A stretch of 64,000 nucleotides of DNA from a virus. Its lineage: Duplodnaviria; Caudoviricetes. Location of the stretch: positions 2,102 to 66,101 of IMG/VR virus record IMGVR_UViG_3300020044_007046; one strand, given 5' to 3'. The position numbers and the translations under genes were made by a program. The notes under the pieces are model-generated. The model was not told the DNA's origin. It saw only the letters and a program-made list of their open reading frames with translations, and ran no database searches. Shown piece by piece: positions 17,531 through 24,142 of the stretch. Position 1 is the first letter of the stretch. Each line of letters opens with the position of its first letter.

Positions 17531-17647
17531 GCGTCTGTTACCGTGGTGGTCGTAATTGCACTGGTTTGTTGCGGTTTAGGGTCAGAACAGTCAAGAATTA
17601 CCACTTGACAAGATTTAGCACTATGTGGTATAATGGCGCCGAGCACA

Positions 17648-17687
17648 CAAAACAAAACCCCGTCACCATTACGTGTACGGGGTTTTG
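17648..17687 (-). terminator. Intrinsic terminator (possibly bidirectional)
   Basis: 11-bp stem CAAAACCCCGT/ACGGGGTTTTG with a T-rich tail on the minus strand. Confidence 0.75.
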
Positions 17688-18241
17688 AAAGCATTTACTA
17701 CTGCAGTAGCGTTGTCTTTTTTGCTCTAGCAGGACTATTAAGGGAATCACCACCGCCTGACCCTAAACTGTAGCCTGTCGCTACATACATCCGCTGGTGA
17801 TGAGTCCATTGCGATGTTGTTTAGGTGAGTATGCACGTTTCAGTCCTGTCAACCTCTACTTAACGCGAAGCGTCTCGATTGGGTATGCAAGGATATCCGT
17901 GACTAACTGGTTTAGATTTATGTGGTTCCGCACAACTGTTTTTTCAATTATTTTAACGACCCGCCACAGTTTAGGGTCGATGTGCGTCTTTAAGTATAAG
18001 CTGAAGCGCCCTTCGAATATACTCGCCAGAGAGATTCCATACTCTCATTACAGTCAATAAAGTCTGCTCTTGGTTAGAAGATAGCTGTATTTAATTTAGG
18101 AGTTCTTTCTCCTAGAGGTTCCTATGTTATGTTACCTCAAAACCAGTTAGCAAGTACGTATGCAGACGACGTGGGATATAGGTGGGACACGCTACCTAGA
18201 ACTACTCTTTACCTAACACCAGCAAGTGGTACACGCTAGGG

Positions 18242-18353
18242 ATTTCGTCCTGACCCTAAACTGCTGACATTTAGAAGTATTGAAGTCTTCAGGAATGTCT
18301 GCGATTGTAAAGGGTTTCGCCTGTATTTCAGAGGCTCATCAGAGGATTAAAAT
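18242..18353 (-). ncRNA. Type I hammerhead ribozyme
   Basis: Minus strand UCCU-CUGAUGA-GCCU(CUGAAAUAC)AGGC-GAA-ACCCU...AGGGU-C/AGGA: full core, stems I, II and III, GUC cleavage triplet at 18254-18252. Confidence 0.8.
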
Positions 18354-18763
18354 GGGCGATAACTTAAGTCTTTCAGTCATCATTAAAAACTTATCCAGTT
18401 CCATGGAGAGCTGGTCTTGGTTTACCCAATCTGTAGGGGGCTGTGGCTCGGGTAATTATTCCCCACAATTAAGACGCATAGCAGATATATCCCGCTTCCG
18501 CTGTCACCCTTATTCATCAATTTATATAATAATTATACAGTATTTAACACACTATATCAAGTAAGAAATTAGACACTCGTTGCAATCAGACTACTCACAA
18601 AACAGACTAATATTAATTTGCGTGGTTGAGGTGAGATTCATTTGCAGACGGACACCAACTTTCGCTGGTATTCATTAAGCCCTTCCCGACTGTCTAAGAT
18701 ATTATTATACATGAATTGGGGTTGAGGATCAAGAGTAAATTTTCTGACCCTCAACCGTTACAA

Positions 18764-19072
18764 TCAACGCAAGTTTGCGAGGATTGCTTCCAAGACTTCG
18801 TGATTGGCTTTTTCCAAGCTATCAAAAGTTTCTGGAGCTACACCAACTCGGTTGGCGATGCGATCAACCAATTCGGCTTTCTTAACACGGGCTACGCCAG
18901 TGCTCTTAGATTTGGCATGGTAAACTCCTTCTCTGGAGAGTTTTGCCACGATTGACCGAGTGGTCTTGCCAAACATTTCGGCCAAGCTTTCCACGCTTAC
19001 GCCGTCGTTGTATTTGGCTACGAGCTGAGCAGTTTGCTCAGGTGTGTAATTTACGGTTTTGTCAGTCATCAT
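18764..19072 (-). CDS. A2: A2-family DNA-binding protein, paralogue 1
   Basis: VNYTPEQTAQLV...GKTTRSIVAKLSREGVY...VKKAELV...DSLEKAN; own promoter TTGTAG-17-TATAAT. Confidence 0.7.
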   Translation of the reverse strand: MMTDKTVNYTPEQTAQLVAKYNDGVSVESLAEMFGKTTRSIVAKLSREGVYHAKSKSTGVARVKKAELVDRIANRVGVAPETFDSLEKANHEVLEAILANLR

Positions 19073-19129
19073 ATGTCCTTTCAAATGGTTTCTGCGCTGT
19101 TAAAGATATAATTATACGGGATTTGAACA

Positions 19130-19252
19130 TCAACTACAAGTGAGAATTTCTTCGGGTATGAGCATGTCTTCAAGAATTTTCGACACCTCGTCGTCCACAA
19201 AATCCTCAAACCATTGTTGCTGATCCTGCCTGAAAAAATCATTGTCTGTCAT
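19130..19252 (-). CDS. Small acidic protein (40 aa)
   Basis: Manual translation MTDNDFFRQDQQQWFEDFVDDEVSKILEDMLIPEEILTCS; AAGGA RBS and TTGAAC-17-TATAAT promoter. Confidence 0.6.
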   Translation of the reverse strand: MTDNDFFRQDQQQWFEDFVDDEVSKILEDMLIPEEILTCS

Positions 19253-19444
19253 GTTGGTTTCCTTCTCATCAATACAATAATTATACAAAATTTCGCAAAA
19301 CAGTTCAAATTTAAATTTTTGCTGGTTTCACGCCAAGAAATATTTACTTGACACAACAAGCTTTTCCACTATATAATGGGCGCACAAGCAGCACAAAGTT
19401 TTCCACTTGACAAGGATTACCACTGGCGCAGCATGCTGACTGCG

Positions 19445-19530
19445 CAGTCACAAAATGAACGCTCCAGTCACAATTTGAACCGAACAGTCGCAAAATGAAC
19501 GCTCCAGTCACAATTTGAACCGAACAGTTC
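19445..19530. repeat. Tandem repeat, 4 x 20 bp (2 x 40 bp higher-order unit)
   Basis: CAGTCACAAAATGAACGCTC / CAGTCACAATTTGAACCGAA / CAGTCGCAAAATGAACGCTC / CAGTCACAATTTGAACCGAA / CAGTTC. Confidence 0.95.
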
Positions 19531-19721
19531 AACTTAATTAATAATTACGGGCGTGGCGCAAGAATCGTGCCAGGTTGCGTAAAAACAACATAGGGGTAAA
19601 CACCTATTGACACGCTTCAAAATTATATGCTATAATTTTGGCGCCAGCGAAGTGAGTGCTTACTTCGCTGGGAGATAATAAAAAGCCGATTATAAATAAT
19701 CGGCTTATAATCATTATATGA

Positions 19722-20042
19722 TTATATTGGCTTTGAATTAGCCAATGCTTCGAAAATCGCTTTTAAAGCATTTTTATTTGCTTTAGTTAATGATTCAATA
19801 TCATTTTCGGGTAATCGCAAAATCGCACCAATAGCATCTGCGTGAGTATCTTTTTTAACTGGAGATTCTCCAGTTTTAGATTTATATTCTTTTTTAATAT
19901 AAACCTTTTCACGAGATAATTTAGCGACAATACTCCGAACAGTTTTACCGAGATTATCTGCGATAATCTCAACTGATTTACCCGCTTGATAATCAGCGAT
20001 AATCTGAGCAGTTTGCTCAGGGGTATAATTAATGTTTTTCAT
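19722..20042 (-). CDS. A2: A2-family DNA-binding protein, paralogue 2
   Basis: INYTPEQTAQII...GKTVRSIVAKLSREKVY...PVKKDTH...ESLTKAN; terminator hairpin at 19683-19706. Confidence 0.7.
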   Translation of the reverse strand: MKNINYTPEQTAQIIADYQAGKSVEIIADNLGKTVRSIVAKLSREKVYIKKEYKSKTGESPVKKDTHADAIGAILRLPENDIESLTKANKNALKAIFEALANSKPI

Positions 20043-20054
20043 TTATTTTCTCCT

Positions 20055-20288
20055 TTAAAATGAATTATATAAACCAAGAATATTAGCTAAAAAGAAAGTA
20101 CCATTAAGAACCATTAATGATTTATCTTTTCGATAATATCCAACTATTAACCAAGATAATGAACCGATAATAAAAAAGCAATATCCCAAAAAGAATAATT
20201 GACTGGCAACAATAAATGCACCGATAATGCTAGATATAGTCCCAATCCAAGAAACTATATTAAGTAATTGAATAATATTAAAAATCAT
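20055..20288 (-). CDS. Small three-helix membrane protein (PnuC/PQ-loop-like half-unit)
   Basis: SWIGTISSIIGAFIVA...GYCFFIIGSLSW...FFLANILGLY. Confidence 0.6.
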   Translation of the reverse strand: MIFNIIQLLNIVSWIGTISSIIGAFIVASQLFFLGYCFFIIGSLSWLIVGYYRKDKSLMVLNGTFFLANILGLYNSF

Positions 20289-20662
20289 CGTTTTATTTCC
20301 ATTGAGTGATATTTATCGGGAGATAATCCATAGTTAATCATTATCTCTTGCCATTTTTTACCATGACCACATTTTGCTTCTGATAATCCAAACAAATTAT
20401 AATCGGCTTGGTGGATTAACTCATGCGGTAATATAACTTTAGTCATATTATTTGCATAATCGGGAGAATATACAAAGAATTTATAACCTAATTCGACAAT
20501 ATTAGATTCTTGGTGGCATAATCCCGCATTACGCCACAAATAACCATTTAATTCTATAATCGGTGGATTATAGCGAGTTAATCGGGGATATAATTCGCAA
20601 AGATTATCCCAAATAATCAGGGTCTGATTATTTAAAATATTAATTAGCTTTTTTCTGTCCAT
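20285..20662 (-). CDS. SprT-like zinc metalloprotease
   Basis: NAGLC, ILPHELIHQ (HExxH), HGKKWQEIM. Confidence 0.8.
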   Translation of the reverse strand: MDRKKLINILNNQTLIIWDNLCELYPRLTRYNPPIIELNGYLWRNAGLCHQESNIVELGYKFFVYSPDYANNMTKVILPHELIHQADYNLFGLSEAKCGHGKKWQEIMINYGLSPDKYHSMEIKR

Positions 20663-20840
20663 GTCCTACATTATACACAAGTCACAAACCATTGCAAATT
20701 ATTTTTGAATACACAAGTACACATTCGCCAAAATACAACATAGGGGTTTACCCCTATTGACACGGGCTCCAAAATTATGATATAATTTTGGCGCAAAATT
20801 GAATACCTGAGTATTCAATTTTTATGGGAAACAAAAGTAT

Positions 20841-21089
20841 TCATTTTGATTTTATTTTATAATAAATAATAACCGATAAAAAGATTACATTTGCAGTATA
20901 ATTAAATAATAATGGTAAATCCATTTTAGGGAATACATATATTATTGTGAATATCTCGCCAATAAACCACATTGAAATAAATCCCCAAGTTAATCCCTCA
21001 GAGGATTTTGTTTTATATGATTCTATTGCTTGCGGTAATCCGCAAAATGCCAATAATATAGAACCAATCCAACCTATATTTTCTATCAT
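20841..21089 (-). CDS. PQ-loop/SemiSWEET-like membrane protein
   Basis: IGWIGSILLAFCGLPQAIESYKTKSSEGLT...; three hydrophobic helices. Confidence 0.75.
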   Translation of the reverse strand: MIENIGWIGSILLAFCGLPQAIESYKTKSSEGLTWGFISMWFIGEIFTIIYVFPKMDLPLLFNYTANVIFLSVIIYYKIKSK

Positions 21090-21224
21090 AATATTAAATC
21101 CCTTGTTAAAAAGTTATTATACCGCATTTCATAATGATCGTCAATATCATATCGTTTTTGGGTATAAATAAAAAACAATAATAAGATAATCCATAAAATT
21201 CTATTATTAGTTAATCTCATTTTA

Positions 21225-21920
21225 TTATGCCTTAAAATTATCTCGCACCTGAAATTTATTCCAGTCATAAGGGACTATATTATCTTGCCAATTACGTTTT
21301 TTGAGAATATGAGTTAAAATAGGTAATTCAAAATCTCGGGCATCTTCTAAAGCAGTATGCGGTTCAATAATAAAATTATTATTAATATAACCACAAACCA
21401 TTTCTGCATTAGTTTTAAATGTCATATTACCATGTTTAGTAACATTATTAAAACCATGATTATCTAAACAGAATTGTTTATATTTTTTGGTTTTGCAAAT
21501 ATTGCCAATACTGGCTTGCCATAAACAAAACTTCTGATTAAAACCTGATAAATCAATACCAGTATTTGAGCATTTATTTAAATCAAAAGCGAGATTATAT
21601 GCAGTTAATGAGGGATTATATTTGCCGATTGCCTGATTAATCCATTTATTAATTGCATTAACTGAGGCAATCATTCTCACGCCATTTTCTAACATGGCAA
21701 TATAAGCCATTTTGCGCTTAGTTAATCCCTCATAACCCCAAATATCATTTGCTTTTTTATCATGGAATAATTCCATTGTATTATAATGCCCATTAACTAA
21801 AACAGCGCATTGATTATAAATGCGACCTTCACGATCACAAATAACCATTGCAAAATCAGCGACAGTATCGCCCATTGTGGTTTCTGTGTCTAGAATACAA
21901 AAGTATTGCTTTTTTGCCAT
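21225..21920 (-). CDS. DEDDh 3'-5' exonuclease
   Basis: ILDTETT (ExoI), AYNLAFD (ExoII), HTALED (ExoIII); start taken at MAKKQY. Confidence 0.85.
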   Translation of the reverse strand: MAKKQYFCILDTETTMGDTVADFAMVICDREGRIYNQCAVLVNGHYNTMELFHDKKANDIWGYEGLTKRKMAYIAMLENGVRMIASVNAINKWINQAIGKYNPSLTAYNLAFDLNKCSNTGIDLSGFNQKFCLWQASIGNICKTKKYKQFCLDNHGFNNVTKHGNMTFKTNAEMVCGYINNNFIIEPHTALEDARDFELPILTHILKKRNWQDNIVPYDWNKFQVRDNFKA

Positions 21921-22123
21921 GTATGCTTTCAGTTGGTAGACCTGCATCTTACCACAAAATTTAAAAAATCTGTGTTGTATTTTAATCACACACAAAAAAT
22001 AAGTTATTAAAAAATGCTTGACACGGGCTCAATTATACTAGTATAATTGGCGCAAACTGTGGTTTTAAAACCACAGTTATTTTGAAAACCTGAGTATTCA
22101 AAAATTTTTGAAAACCTGAGTAT

Positions 22124-22282
22124 TCAAAAATAAGGTTGAGCCGATTCGCTTTTGTCCATAATATCCGCCCAGCCATGCCAGCCCATTTGCCAAGCCTCCG
22201 ATTGTGCCTTGTCTAATGGTTCACCTAGTGAATGGGCATCAAAACCCAATTCATAATCTCGATTATTAAAATAGTTAATCAT
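22124..22282 (-). CDS. Small hypothetical protein (52 aa)
   Basis: GGAGA RBS; manual translation MINYFNNRDYELGFDAHSLGEPLDKAQSEAWQMGW... Confidence 0.55.
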   Translation of the reverse strand: MINYFNNRDYELGFDAHSLGEPLDKAQSEAWQMGWHGWADIMDKSESAQPYF

Positions 22283-22408
22283 TAGTTTATTCTCCGAGTT
22301 AATATATCTAAAATCTGTCTTAATGGTATTTGCATTATGTCTACAATATCATAAAGATTATAGCCTTCGGCTAAAAAATCTTTAATTAATGTTTCGGCAT
22401 AATCAATA

Positions 22409-22885
22409 TTAATGCCCTTGTTTACTTGGTACATATACACCCCTTATATTGAAACGATCACAAACTGCTTTTAAATAAGTTACATTATCCTCATAAAATG
22501 TAAATTCAGCATCTTTAAATGTAATTAAATTAAAGAATTTAGCCAAACCATTAATTTTTAATGTAGCACCTGAGATATTAGAATTCTCAGGTCTTGAAAT
22601 AATATAATCAGGTTCACCCAGTATCTGATTAATAAATGTATAATCAGGGGTATTAAGAACACGGGCAGTAGCAATAATGACATAACACGATTCATCTTTT
22701 AAATCCTTTTTATATTGTTCTGCTAATGGCAAAAGAGAATCATTCAAGGCTAAATCTTGATTTTCTCTCCAATAATTTAAATCTATTCTCTCGCCATTTT
22801 CATCTACAATAGTGCGATATCTATGCAAAGAACAAACGATTGTTCCATCCATATCATAAATTGAAACCTTTTTAATTTTAGCCAT
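22409..22885 (-). CDS. dmp: HAD-family deoxynucleoside-5'-monophosphatase (T5 dmp-like)
   Basis: IYDMDGTIVCSLHR...IDLNYWRE...DSLLPL...IIATARV...FYEDN matches the T5 Dmp pattern as recalled. Confidence 0.75.
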   Translation of the reverse strand: MAKIKKVSIYDMDGTIVCSLHRYRTIVDENGERIDLNYWRENQDLALNDSLLPLAEQYKKDLKDESCYVIIATARVLNTPDYTFINQILGEPDYIISRPENSNISGATLKINGLAKFFNLITFKDAEFTFYEDNVTYLKAVCDRFNIRGVYVPSKQGH

Positions 22886-22888
22886 TTT

Positions 22889-23020
22889 TTAATCCTTGAA
22901 ATATTGTCTGATTGCCGATTTGTATTCTGCCATTGTAGCAAATTTTAAACCATGTCGCAAGCAAAATTTGCGAAATTCTGCAAATTGTTTTGTAGTGTAC
23001 TGATATTCTTTTTTCATCAT
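22889..23020 (-). CDS. Small basic protein (43 aa)
   Basis: Start taken at MMKKEY, downstream of a TATAAT element. Confidence 0.55.
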   Translation of the reverse strand: MMKKEYQYTTKQFAEFRKFCLRHGLKFATMAEYKSAIRQYFKD

Positions 23021-23175
23021 AGCCCCAATTATACACGCAAAACCGCCCAAAAACCATGTGTGCAAAAATACAACATAGGTGTTTACACCTATTGACACGG
23101 GCTCCAAAATTATGATATAATTTTGGCGCAAAATTGAATACCTGAGTATTCAATTTTTTCTGCAAACCTGAGTAT

Positions 23176-23538
23176 TCAAAATGAAACAATATCTATATTG
23201 TAATAAGCCTTAAAATAATTTCGCCATTGGGTAAAGCCTGATTTTGTGTCGTGCGTTATATCCTTGTCTTGTTCCATTTGCCATGCGTGAACATACTCAT
23301 GCGCTAATGTTGAAAATAAATCAAGGTCTGATTTTATTTCGCTAGTGGCAAGCCTGATTTTGTGATTGTATTTCTTAGGGCTAATCTTTTCGCCCTCATA
23401 CATTCCCATGCAAGAGTCACCATCAAAACGCAAAACCTTAGTCTTTGCAAAGTTAATCCGTGATTTTAGCTTAAACTCATTTTGTAGTATAAGCTGGAAC
23501 AATCTTGTTTTATCTGATCTAATCATTTTGAAATCCAA
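23176..23538 (-). CDS. Second HExxH zinc metallopeptidase (SprT-like)
   Basis: LFSTLAHEYVHAWQ...H. Confidence 0.7.
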   Translation of the reverse strand: MDFKMIRSDKTRLFQLILQNEFKLKSRINFAKTKVLRFDGDSCMGMYEGEKISPKKYNHKIRLATSEIKSDLDLFSTLAHEYVHAWQMEQDKDITHDTKSGFTQWRNYFKAYYNIDIVSF

Positions 23539-23821
23539 AGCAATAGCGCAACCTTAACGCATATAAACGCAACGACACCCAAACACACATTAAAGAATTC
23601 TATATCTGTCATTAGTCAACCTGTATATCTGTTATTACATTATTGTTTACAATAAAGTACATTTCAACCAAACCCATGCTAACCCAAACGCAACGATTAC
23701 CCTCACGGATAGCATAAGGTTTATTAGGGTATTTTTTAGCTAAGTAGCTTTCAACAATTTCAAAATTTTTCATAGGTCTATTATATCAGATAAAACAAGA
23801 TAGGGGCAAAGCCCCTATTGA

Positions 23822-24142
23822 TTACAAGGTCTTTTCAGCCTTGATAAAATCGGCAATTTTAGCAAGTGCTACCTTGTTTGCCTTAGTAAGTGATTCTGTA
23901 TCGGCTTCAGTCAAGCCCAACATTTCACCGATAAAATCAGCGTGAACATCTTTTTTAATCGGTGTTTCGCCTGATTTTGTTTTGTATGCCTTAGCAACAT
24001 AAACCTTTTCGCGTGATAGCTTCGCAACAACTGAACGCACAGTTTTACCTAATGCCTCAGCAATAGCGTCAACTGTCATACCGCCTTCGTAGTCGGCAAC
24101 CATGCGAGCAGTTTGCTCGGGGGTGTAGTTTACTGTTTTCAT
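23822..24142 (-). CDS. A2: A2-family DNA-binding protein, paralogue 3
   Basis: VNYTPEQTARMV...GKTVRSVVAKLSREKVY...PIKKDVH...ESLTKAN. Confidence 0.7.
   Translation of the reverse strand: MKTVNYTPEQTARMVADYEGGMTVDAIAEALGKTVRSVVAKLSREKVYVAKAYKTKSGETPIKKDVHADFIGEMLGLTEADTESLTKANKVALAKIADFIKAEKTL

Larger units (their letters stand above)
17648..18525 (-). ncRNA. Candidate large structured non-coding RNA (~880 nt)
   Basis: TTGATA(18560-18555)-17-TATAAT(18537-18532) promoter; no minus-strand ORF of 60 aa or more; terminator at 17653-17687 followed by TTTTG on the minus strand; several long-range helices. Confidence 0.7.
15931..18757. repeat. Dispersed 13-bp motif TGACCCTAAAC(T/C)G in both orientations
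   Basis: Copies at 15931(+), 16223(-), 16767(-), 17408(+), 17460(+, one mismatch), 17572(-), 17758(+), 17967(-, one mismatch), 18251(+), 18745(+, degenerate); also 221(-). Confidence 0.85.
17605..23160 (+). repeat. Six repeated promoter-palindrome cassettes (TTGACA-N18-TATAAT-N0-3-GGCGC-hairpin)
   Basis: TTGACA at 17605, 19348, 19607, 20757, 22018 and 23092, each with an 18-nt spacer to TATAAT and GGCGC immediately downstream; the 20757 and 23092 copies are nearly identical over about 90 bp. Confidence 0.9.

Noticed and set aside
17795-17850. Plus-strand hammerhead-like GTGATGAGTCC
   Set aside because: The core starts with G instead of C and no GGAC-GAAA follows on that strand; better explained as the complement of a minus-strand pairing element
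18240-18295. Second hammerhead core using CUGAAGA ... GGAC-GAAA
   Set aside because: No stem II can form (C opposite C at the 10.1/11.1 position)
17648-18525. Calling the large RNA GOLLD, ROOL, tmRNA, RNase P or a group I/II intron
   Set aside because: No diagnostic motif recognised (no tag ORF or CCA end, no domain V, no interrupted host gene); needs a covariance-model search
17797-18564. Plus-strand ORFs 17797..18060 and 18280..18564
   Set aside because: No RBS or recognisable protein features; they are antisense to a promoter-terminator unit with RNA-type (G-U) pairing on the minus strand
15931-18757. TTTAGGG resembles the plant telomere repeat
   Set aside because: Copies are single and dispersed within a longer 13-bp motif, not tandem; coincidence
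17605-23160. CRISPR array or integron interpretation of the repeated cassettes
   Set aside because: Spacing is 0.26-1.7 kb and irregular, and there is no cas gene, integrase or attC R/L box pattern in the window
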